From Pelomyxa schiedti (Eukaryota; Protista; Evosea): DNA of 64,000 nucleotides. Below, piece by piece: positions 40,254 to 52,200 of this stretch. Made by a program: the position numbers and the translations under genes. The stretch is taken from contig JAHLWZ010000847.1 in NCBI GenBank assembly GCA_020536535.1, forward strand, positions 13,298 through 77,297. Reading direction: 5' to 3'. Numbering within the stretch: the stretch's first letter is position 1; every line of letters begins with the position of its first letter. Below the pieces are notes generated by a model, which had not been told where the DNA came from, searched no databases, and was given only the letters and a program-made list of their open reading frames with translations.

Positions 40254-43200
40254 ATGTACAGTACCGAAACGCGGAGTGGTGGTGGTGTCAGATCTTGCCG
40301 TAGTCGGCCAGATCTTGTTGTCTTATTGCGTGCCGCCATTGTGTGCCTTTGTTGCTGTGCGACGGCGTCACACGCGACGTCATTGGGAGGTCACGGAAAG
40401 ACCTTCGCCGAGAGGGGGACATGCACAGAGGGCACCTTTGGCGTTTTTATGCACCAGTGGGACGACGGCAAATACCAGCAGGATTGCCCGCTGGGCGTGG
40501 CCAGTGGGACTTATTGTGACACCGCACCCATCAATTTTACTTTGTCAGACAGTGTGTCACAGTCTGGGTGCATTAAATATTACGGCTACCTCCAGGTGTG
40601 GAGTGCTCCTCTCTTTGTCTGTTGCATTGTCACCCAACACATGTTCCACTTTCTGTAGTTATCATCCGGCCGACCAGAGATCAAACAGCTGAGGCTAGAC
40701 CTCTCTACAACAAGTTCTAATGAGGCCACGTTGTATCTTACTACACCTGATGACACTCTCACAGCAGGAGAGAATTATTGTACTCCAACCATAATACAAT
40801 CGCACGACCAACTCTCTAATAGACATGTACAATCATGCCCCTTGCCTCCCTCCTCTTGCTGTTTCCACTAGAACCTTGCCAGCCTATCAATTTGACCCTT
40901 ACCATTTGTACCCCTTTGAAGTCCATGTGATCCAGTGCTCTTCAGATACAGACAGTACTTTTGTGTCACTGCAATGGGCAGGTGAGGATGGTGTCTACCA
41001 AGTTATTCCTGCATCAGAGTTCATCTTTGTGGATTCCTCAGAACCTGTTATATGTGAAGCTGATGTATGTGGTAAGGACACTCTTCCCATCTTACTCTCT
41101 TTCCCACTTTTATCTCTGCTTATTTAGAACCACAATTGACAAGTTTTGAGTCCAATGCTACTACTGCTGGTGATAGTTTGGTTTATATTGAGGGTTCATG
41201 GCTTGATGAATGCACAGATGTCTTTATAGGGGGAGAACCCTGTGAAATTACAAGTGTTTCTTACCTCATCCCAGGCTATATTACATGCAAACCCCCGGTA
41301 GTAATTTGGACTCCAATTACCTATGTCTCATTTAAAGAAGGAAGGGTCCCTTGGCTTGAGTTATGATTTATGGGTTGTATGCAGAGGTGTCACTAGCAGC
41401 GAACTCACTGGTTTCACTTATCAATGTTTCTTGCCCACTCTAATATTTTGTACTCTTTTGTTAAAAGTCACTAATGCAATGTAGCACCAACAATTATCTC
41501 TGCGACAGAGGCCTTCACAGATGGGTCAACTCAAACAGTAATAAGTGGTACCAGTTTTGGTCCACAGGGTACTCTTGTTACTGTTACAATTGATGGGGAA
41601 CCATGTACTTCTGCTAGTGTTACAACACCACACACAGTCATTTCTTGCTATCCTCCTCCAGGAGTTGGTGCTGACCACGAAGTACAAGTTAACTTTCTCA
41701 CTTCAGGCGAAGTAGCAAAGGAATATGTGTTCTCCTACACGAGTAATTCTCAAACTCTTTGAACGACCCTGAGGCACTCACTCCCCCAAAGGTCCATCTA
41801 TATCTGAAGTTGTTTCCACTATAGAATCTGGAAAGCAAGCCTTAACTGTAACTGGCACAAACTTTGGGAATGAATTATCCTCCATTTCTGTGGGAGTAGA
41901 TGGATATATTTGTCAGAATGTGTCGATCCTTTTTGCTCACAAATCAGTTCTTTGTTTCCCTGACTCACATGCTGTCATTGGAAAAAATCACAAAGCATCA
42001 ATCACTGTTGAATATCAAACCAGCCCAGATTTTTCCTTTGACTTTCCAGGTGAAGTTCAATTTCCAATGTTTTTTTTTATTAACTTGGCATTTTTAAGCC
42101 CCTACAATTATGTCATGCTCCAATACACCAACGACAGGGGGGGGAATTTCAATATCTGGAAAGTTTTTTGGCGCAGCTGGGGGAGCTGCTACCAGTCCTT
42201 GGGTTTATGATATTGTTGTTCTCGGTGTTGGTGAAATTAACTGTACTATACCACCTGGGGCAGGGCAAAAACTCCCTCTGCAAGTAACAGTTGGAGGACA
42301 AGATAGCCCAATAGAATATATATACTATTTCCAGGGTATCGCTACTTTGCATGGAGTTCACTCCTGACAAACTCAAGGTCCAAAGGTTGTATCTGCTACA
42401 CCTACATCTACAACGGGAGGCTACACAACAATCGTTGGCACCAATTTTGGACCAAGTGGCACTTCTATATCTGTTACTATCGACAACAAAGAATGCAAGG
42501 AAGTGGTTATGAATCACACTGTAATTCAATGCAAGACTCCAGAAGGAGTCGGAAAAAATTTGACAGTTACTGTCACATCACCAACTGGGGTCAATGCCCA
42601 AACTGCATATGCACAAGCCTTCTCATATCAAAGTTTTTTCCTTCCAGTTAACTTAAAATTCACTTCATCAGGTCCCTTGATTACCGGAGTTATTACTGGC
42701 AATTCCTATATCACCCTCATTGTATTACATCCTCTAATCTAACTGCACTCATGGTAATGTTAGGGGCAAAATTTTGCACCAAGTGGTTACACAGGAATTA
42801 CATGCTCCAATGATGATGGAAGCACGTGGACATTTGGGGAAGCTGTAAATACAACCACAATGAAGTGTTACAGCTCTGGAAACAAAGTAATGGTAATGAT
42901 TGGAGGACAGAAAAGTAACTCGAAAATCTTCACACAAAGTAAATCTAGTTGTAATCTGTGCACACTGTTATTTACTCCCACCCCAACGACAAAACAAAAC
43001 AGCTCCCACAATAGACTTAGTTACTAGTGTTGAGACTGCAGGAGGCACTGTTAACATTATTGGTCAATGCTTTGGGTCAACTTCAGTTACTGTCTACATT
43101 GACAATAAAAAATGTGAAGTGGCACAAATTATCACCCCTAATTCGCAGATAACTTGCACAGCCCCTGCAGGTGCTGGCAAGAACTTAGATGTTCTTGTAA

Positions 43201-46200
43201 TGTTCTCTTCACCACTTGTAAATGTATCTTTCAGGGGATTTTCCTATAACTGTATTGGAACACATCTTCTTTTCACAACTTATTTCCTTAGCCCCACGGA
43301 TTTTTTCTACTACTTCTGTGGATACTATTGGAGGTTATGTTTATATTAAAGGAGACAACTTTGGCCCAGCTGGAACAACTGTAAATGTCACGATTGGCAA
43401 CAAAATGTGCTCTAATGCAAGTGTTGTTACCGCTCACACAATAATTGGCTGTTTGATGCCTCCCTCTGTTGGGGGCTCCCTTGATGTTGGGGTGAATATT
43501 CCTATTGTCCCTTCACATTCACAGGAAGCACATGCACCAATCTTCTACTTCAATGGTAATGAGCTTCTTTTTTTGTTTCTCTGATCTCATCTCCAACAGA
43601 TCCTGAAATAACGGCAGTTTCCTCCGCAGACACAGATGGACACTCGAGAGTTACTATTTACGGGAAAAATTTTGGTCCTGCAAGTGCCAGTGGTGTGAAG
43701 TTTTCAATTTTTGTGTGTCTGGATAGCAGTACCTGCTCCGAGTGTCTCAATACCTCAGTTGTTGATCACAACCATCTACAGTGTTTTCCTCCTGTAGGAG
43801 TAGGAAAGGAGTATAAATTGCTCTTGAACCTCACAACAGTAAATGGAGGTTGGGTTCAGTCTGCAGAATATGATCTTTTTGATTATAAAGGTATTCTTTC
43901 ATTTTAAAGATGTGTACATTTAGGAAAATAGATCCGCTCATTCATAATGTGTCTCACCCAAGCACTACCGGAGGAAACATCACCATATATGGGGAAAACT
44001 TTGGCCCGACTGGCACTCCAATTGCAATTCATATTGGGAGTGTGCAATGTGAAGGAGCACATATTAGCCTATCACACTTTGAAGCTAGTTGCGAAATATC
44101 TGAGGGTATTGGAGGGCCAAAAGAGGTTTATTTTGAGATTCTTCCTACAACCGAACATGCAACTAGTGTTTCTTCGAATTCATTTTTTTACAAGGGTAAG
44201 TTGACGGATTTTGTTTTGTAAGCTAATCGTTGCCCATTAGCTCCAATTATTCTGTCAGCAAAAACAGCAAGTGGTGGAGGACAAACGGAAATAAGTGGGA
44301 GTAATTTTGGTCCAACTGATACTCCCATTACAGTAACAATTGGGGGACAAACTTGTTTTTCTCCTATGGTCAAGACTGCCCATTCAAAAATTGAGTGTAC
44401 TGTTCCCACTGGTGCCGGAGTTAAGAAGGTTATCACTGTTACAGTCCCTTCAGGCTCAACAACACAGTTCTCAAGTGCCGCTCTATTCAACTACACAGGT
44501 CTATTCAAGATACAGTTGGTTCCATTAACTTTTTTTTCAGCCCCCAAGATTTCAACAGTGCCACTTGTGCCTACACTTGGGGGACTTATCCATATTCAAG
44601 TATTGACTCTGTCTTTTTTTTTTTTTGAATTAAAACACGAAGGGGTCCGACCTTGGAGCGCCATTCAACTCCATTTCTGTGTTTATCGACAGTACAAAGT
44701 CCTATTATGCAGCAATTATCAATAGTAGTACTATTCTAGCCGGGGTTCCTCCTGGTTCAGGGACAAATCATTGGGTTTATGTGTGCATTGAATCAATATG
44801 CACATCTGCCGCTCTTCTTAGTTTTCAATGTAATCTCTCCACCTTGTAAGTACTCGATTATCCAAGTTAAGTTTCCCTTTAGCGCCAGTGTTCACATCTT
44901 CTACTGGCGCCTCGACTGATGGTTCTGCCTTCACCACACTCCATGGATCCAACTTCGGTCCGATTGGCACTGTGGTGAGTGTCTATTTCCCATCGAAGGG
45001 TTCCTACTGCTTGAATGCAACAGTATCTGTGCAGCACACACAAATTAAGTGCCGTCCTCCTCCTGGTGTTGGCTTGGACAATACTATATTAATCACTGTT
45101 GGAAACACTGGAAGTGCATTATCTACAGTTAGCAATGGGTTCTCATATGATCGTAAGCAAAGAATTTTTTTTTTTGGCACCCAACCTTCACTCAGCTCCA
45201 GCACTGTCATTTGCAACTCCAGCTGATACTGTTGGGGGTATAATTACTATTTGTGGGTCCAACTTTGGTGACCTTGGAACCAATGTGACCGTGATAATTG
45301 GCCTAGCTGAATGTGAAGGAGCCAAAGTTTCACTTGCACATAAGCAAATCCAGTGCTCAGCACCAGCAGGGGTTGGCAAGAACTTGAAGGTTACACTTAA
45401 TGTTCCTCAGACTGGTTATTTATCTACTTATTCCAACATCTTTTCTTATAATCGTATGTATTTTTTTCCTATGACTGAAAGTTGACATCGAAAAAGCCCC
45501 AGTTGTTACCTCTGCTTCTGAGGTTAAAAACGGGATGTACAACATCTCAATTTTTGGGAAAAACTTTGGAACTTCCATCAGTGTTGCCGTAATGATATCC
45601 GGGAAACCCTGCACAGTGACAAGTGTCTCTCAAACGGAAATCAAATGCATTGCACCCCCTGGCTCAGGGCCTTGCCGACCAGTGATCGTCACAGTACCTG
45701 CTGGTGTAAATGCCCAGTCCAGTATGGAAGCTTATGTGCTAAATTATACTGGTAGCACCATAGATGTAGTTTTTCACTGATTTGTTATCAAAGGTCCTGG
45801 ATTTTCTAATGCCAGCACCACCACAACTGAAGGTGGTCTGACAACTATATATGGACAGAACCTGGGGGCTGTCGGTGACAGTTTGATAGTGAAAATTGAC
45901 AATAAGTTGTGTGCCAATGCCACCGTTACGAAGCTCAACTCAGAAGTTCAATGCGTTGCTCCACAAGGAGCTGGCAAAAACTTGATTGTGCATGCGACAC
46001 TAGTTGATGGGACATTCCTCACAGAGGCCCCTGTATTCTCTTATATGCGTATGCATAGATTGCGTTCTTCGTTTCTGTTGGCTGATTTTCTTCAGCACCA
46101 ACAGTGTCATCTATCTCGCATTCCGACACAATTGGGGAGGAAATCTCTCTAGTAGGAACGAATTTCGGTCCTGTGGGAACCAACATTAGTGTAATGATTG

Positions 46201-49200
46201 ACCATTTGGGGTGCTCAGAGGCATATATCACAAAGAGTCATCAAGAAATTACTTGTGTGGCCCCCGCTGGTGCAGGTATAGCTTCGGAATTACTTGTAAT
46301 TTACAAACTGACACAAAAAGGTTCAAATATCCCAACAACTGTGTGCATCCCCACTACTAATCCACAGTGTATTCATCTTTCTTTCTCTTACAATGGTTCG
46401 TTTCCCATCGGCTTGTCTTTTCTTTGAAAAAACTACAAAAAAAAAAAGCTCCTTCAATCAGTACTGTCACACCTGTTTCCACTGCTGGCGGGAATGTTAC
46501 TATAACTGTATTCCATCTCTTGATAGATCAGCGTGTTTGTTTATAGTAGTTTAGGGAAACAATTTTGGACCTGGTGGTTCATATCTTGTGGATACTTCAA
46601 CAGATGGAACTACATGGCTTCACTCAGAGCAAATTAGCCACACTATTGTAAAGGCGTTAGTGGCACCTGGCTGTGGTAAAGGCCGGAACATCACAATTCG
46701 TGTTGTGGATCAAACAAGTGTGCCTGCCCATTTCAACTATTCAGGTATGCCATCCCCAACTCTTGTGCCTTTCTGACTCCTAGAAAGCTCCTACAATATT
46801 ATCTACTTCCTCTCCAAGCACGAGAGGGGGTATTCTGACACTAACAGGCATAAACTTTGGCATTTCTGGCACTCATGTAATTGTTAATATTGGAAAGCAA
46901 CCTTGTTCGACAGCAACGGTTGCAGTTCCCCACACGGAGATAACATGCACAGCACCCTCCGGCACTGGCGTTGTACAAGGAACTCTATTAGTTCCAGATG
47001 ACCTGCGTTTCAGTCAGAGTACTTCTTTCCAAATGACATATGCAGGTATTTCAAGATTTGAGTACTCCCTTTCTAATTTTGATAATTTAGTGCCTGAGAT
47101 CTACGTCATGACTCCCACACACACGCAAGGCGGTACAACTGAAATATATGGAGATAACTTTGGCCCTGTTGGAACTCCAGTTTCAGTGGCCATCAATGGA
47201 GCATCTTGTTTGAATCCTAAAGTCGAAGTGAACCACACCAAGATTACGTGTACTGTGCAGCCTGGGTGTGGTACAACTTTGTCTGTTAAGATAAATGTTT
47301 CTTCCATATATTCTTTTACATCAATATTCTCCTTTGCAGGTTTCTCATTTCCTACCTCCTGTCTTCTCACCTTCCTGTAGGACCTTCAATAATAAATGCC
47401 ACTGCAGTTAATACCAGTGGAACAGAGGAAACCCTTATAACAGGCATAAACTTTGGGCCGCAGAATGACTCTGTTTCTGTGTTGATTGGGGGAGTTAACT
47501 GTACGGAGGCACAAGTTATTAGACCTCATCAGACAGTGTCCTGTTACCCACCACCTGGTGTTGGAGCCAATCTATCAGTTGAATTGTGCGTCCACTGCAA
47601 CGGTTTGCAATGTACCTCAGCACCTGTATTTCGTTACAGAGGTAAATCACGGTCCAAACTGTATGCTTACTTGCACTTAGAACCTGTCATAAAATATGTC
47701 CCCCCTGTGCCAACACAGGGGCAATGGATAACAGTGCTGGTTTGTTTTCTTTGGCTTTCTTTTTTCTTTTTATGAGGTTGTGCTAGGGTGATTTCTTTGG
47801 CACCATAAACAGTATTGTAACATGTGCCACAAACCCCAGTGGACCAACACCAGCACAGTGGCTAAATAATACAGCTCTTAACTGCTCTATTGGTGAAGGA
47901 CTTGGGACTGGTCTTGTTGCGGTTTGTATTGCAGGGCAATGCAGTAACTCATTCATTTTCCATTATCAAGGCGAGTACAACCGTAAAGTATTTACTCTAA
48001 TTATCATAAAAGCTCCTACCATTGATAGCATTCCATCTCCCAGTACCAATGACTCACTGCTGACAATTTTTGGAAACAACTTTGGACCCGATAATACAAT
48101 CCCATCAGTTTTCATATGCAAGGATGAATTGTGTACTTTGGCTTGTAAGAATGCAACTGTGTCCGTCAAGCACACCGTCATAACATGTCAGCTTCCTGTC
48201 AGTGTAGGGGCAGGTTATATTGTGAACGTTACCGTTGGTGGGCTTTATGGACTTGGGACCTTTTCGTTTAAAAGTACCTGGCTAATCTATTTTCCTGTCG
48301 TTTTCTAATTAATTTACCCCAGGCCCACTTATTCATAGCGCCACCTCTACCAATACCACTGGCGGTACTACAACCATTTTAGGAGAAAATTTTGGCCCAG
48401 AAAACACAACAATCATGGTGCTCTTGAACGCAGTTTCTTGTTTACACCCTGTTGTTCATTCACACAATCATATTACCTGTGAAGTACAACCAGGGTATGG
48501 TGCACTTCTAAACGTTGTGGTTATTGCACCCCTTGGTGAATATCATCAGAATGGGTCTGCTCCAGTTTTTTGCTATAACGGTAATTCCACGATATGAATT
48601 CCTAAGAGCTGATTTTTTTAGCTCCTTCTATTGTTTCCATGACTCCCACCCCCACCAGTGGGGGTATCGCCACCGTTTACGGAAACAATTTTGGACCCTC
48701 TGGGAGTCCCGCCATTGTTACTGTATCAAACTTTTCATGCAGCAACGTAACAGTTATAAATCACACTCAACTGAAGTGCAATGTCCCTCCTGGTTGTGGG
48801 GGTACTAATACTATGGTTGTGTGCCTCCCTGATACCTCGAACTGTGGCTCGCCATCCCTTTTTCTTTACATAAGTATTGTCTTGTATCTTTTATTTTAAG
48901 AATCATGTATTTAGGTCCTACAATTGTCAATATGTCTCTCCCCCCAACTAATGGAAGTTGCTCAATCCAAATTACTGTACACCACTTTTCTATATACAAT
49001 GTTTACACAATTAGGGATCGAATTTTGGGTTGCCTCTTTGTACTGTTTCTGCCATAGTGGATGGATACAGCCAATCAGCAACCATTTTATCACATACCAC
49101 GCTTTCTGTATGTGTTCCTGTTGGAAGTGGCTCAGGACATCTTATTCAAGTAGTTGTTCAGAACCTAGGGAGCAATTTGCTTACTTTTTCATATCATGGT

Positions 49201-52200
49201 TTACAACTTACTTTCCCCAAACTTACTGAGTGTTATTTCAGTTCCAGAGATAAACCGAATCGAGTCTGTGAAGACAAGTGGTGGCAAGTTGACAATTTTT
49301 GGTACGAACTTCGGACCTCTTGGGACACCTGTACTTGTTTCTTTGGAGGGGCTGGGAGTGCAGTGCTCACATACACCAAAATGCATTTGTTCCAACGCAT
49401 CTATTTCTATTGCCCACACCGAGATATCTTGTTCTGCACCTCCTGGTGTTGGAGGGGACCACACCATTAATATTACCATCCCCGCAAATAATTATGGATT
49501 GAGCACCAGTAGCAATATTTTTGCGTATTCAAGTTTGTCTCTATGCCTTTACCTTTTTCCTAATCTCTCATAGGCCCTATTGTGACATCAACCTCACCAA
49601 CAAGTACTACAGGTGGCATAACTGTGATTGAAGGGGACAACTTTGGCTTGTCCAATACCACTATCGCCGTCTATTTATTTGTACTGGGAAACTACTCCCG
49701 GTGTACTGATCTTTCAGTCTCCATTCCCCATTTGGAACTGCAGTGCAGGATGCCAGAGGGCTATGGAGAAAATTTGCCACTAAAAATTACTATTCTAGAA
49801 GGATACCCAGGCTCTCAATCTGTGGATGCATCATTTTCCTACCAAGGTTTTTTGCCACCTCTTTCAATTTTTTTCTCATATATTTCCAGCGCCAGTTGTT
49901 TTAAGTTCAACACAAACCAATACAACTGGAGGCATCGTTCAGATAACTGGGGTGAACTTTGGTCCCCTGGCACTGACAGACATCACAGTGACAATTGCTG
50001 GAACAAAGTGCAAGAATCCAAATGTCTCCGTTGCTCACACACAAGTCACTTGCACGGCCGATAAAGGAGCAGGGGCACAGCAATTGATTGAAGTTACAGT
50101 ACCTGCAGGAAGTAATCAACAAGGGAGGGCCTATGTTTTTAGCTATTTCCGTGCGTTTTGCTTTCCACAGTTCGAACTCCCCATGTAATGTTACATAGGT
50201 CCCCAAATTACCTATGTGCCACCAGTACCTACTACAGCCAGCAAGCCTGTCCACCTCATTCAGGTCTCTATTCTCAATCTAGTGTCTCCTTACTAAGCCT
50301 GTAGGGGGTGAACTTTTCTCCTTTTAATAATATTTCTGCACTCGTTGTTATTGAGGGAATTACTACGGTTGCTACATGGGATAGTGCAACTAGTATCTAT
50401 GCCTCATTCCCTGAAGGAGTGGGTGCCAATCTTTCACTTACAGTCACTGTGGCCAATCAAACAAGCGACAACTTCCTATGGAATTACCAACGTATGACTT
50501 CATTTTTTCTCCCTTTTCTCATCCCAGACAGCACCTGTTATTGAGTTTGTTAGTGAAGCCCCTGATGAGAACCAAGTTGGAATAACTATTGGTGGTAGTG
50601 CCTTTGGCAAGCAAGGTGACAACATCTTTGTCTTTCTAGATTCAGTGCCTTCTGTTGCATGCAGTAATGTGGAAGTTACTATCCCTGATGTACTACTGTG
50701 GTGTGCTATGCCCCCCGACTACGTTTGGAGTGGAGGTGTCTCTGTTATTGTTCCTTTTGTTCCAGGCCATAAGCAACAAGGAGACTACTTACGGACCACA
50801 TCTGCTCCCGTTATAAGTTATGTAACATCAGTGGACACAACTGGTGGAAGCATAACCATAATTGGGAATAACTTATGGAATTCCCATACCGTTGTTGTAA
50901 CTGTGGGGAATAGTAGTTGCAACAATGTAACAGTTGACCCACCCACAGTAGTTACCTGTATAGCTCCGCCCGGTGTAGGATCTGGCCTTCGAGTTACAGT
51001 GTCAGTAGGCGATTTGAAAGGAGAATTTCCTTCATTTTCGTACAATGGTATTCCCAGATGTAAGCAACTTCTGCACTAACTATGTGACACAAAAAAGCAC
51101 CTATAATCCTGTCCGCCACACCTGCACCAACAGTTGGTACTGTTACCACAACGATCTATGGAAATAACTTTGGGCCTGTTGGCACACCTGTTACTGTTAT
51201 GTTGGAGTTCACAGATGAGCCTGGTGTTCTAAAGGAGTGCAATAACGGTGGCAACCAAACCCTCGTTACCGCCGAGGGCAAGATTACATGTATGCCTCCT
51301 CCCGGCTGTGGGAGTGGACACTCCATACATGTAACAGTTCCGTCAAATTTGCCATCAACAGAGTCATTAACAAGCAGCGCAGCTGTTTTCTCGTATGAGA
51401 GTATGTATTGACAATCTAAGCTCCAAACTAAATATTTAACAGTTCCGCGCCCTCTCACCACTTCTTCTGTTGATACAACCGGTGGATACATTTTTATAAA
51501 TGGCACCAACTTCTGTGATTCAACCACAAGTGCAACTGTGACAATAGAGAAAATACCTTGCACAAATGCAACAATTTTAACCCCAACATCTATTGCTTGC
51601 TTGGCTCCAGCTGGCACAGGGCAGGGAAAATGTATTGAAATTACTATTCCTGCAGGATCTGACCAAACAAGCAATTTGTGCACATTCCACTATAACGGTT
51701 TAGAAACGAAACCTTTTCTTTTTAATGAATCTCCTCTAGATCCTGTTATTTACTCTGCCACCAACGTCTCTACGGAAGGAGGTGTAACAAGTATTTCTGG
51801 TATTTCAGTCCCTTCTCGCATTCTTTCTGACCTTAAAAAGGGTTGAATTTTGGGAAAGATTCCAGCATAATTACTGTAAAAATTGAGCAGAACGTTTGTG
51901 GAAATGTCACAATCCTTGACGACCATGTTCTTTTGTCGTGCGTTGCTCCGGCAGGAATTGGTACCAACCTCCAGCTTTCCGTAACTGTTGGAGTGCAAAA
52001 GTCTAGTGCTTTCAATGGCTTTTCTTACGTTGATGTGACACCGCCATACTGCCAACTTTACGCAGGATTTACTGAATCGTCATCAACAAAATTTGTTGTT
52101 GATCTTCAATGCCGAGAAATTGTCTATAACGTATCTACATCGGCGTTCACTGCGAGTGGCTGTGCTGTGGAACACAAGTTAGACACAACCCCAAGGCAGA

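Noticed and set aside
28080-52030. About 310-bp periodicity as a CRISPR, satellite or cassette array
   Set aside because: Explained by protein-coding IPT exons plus introns; there are no identical DNA repeats.
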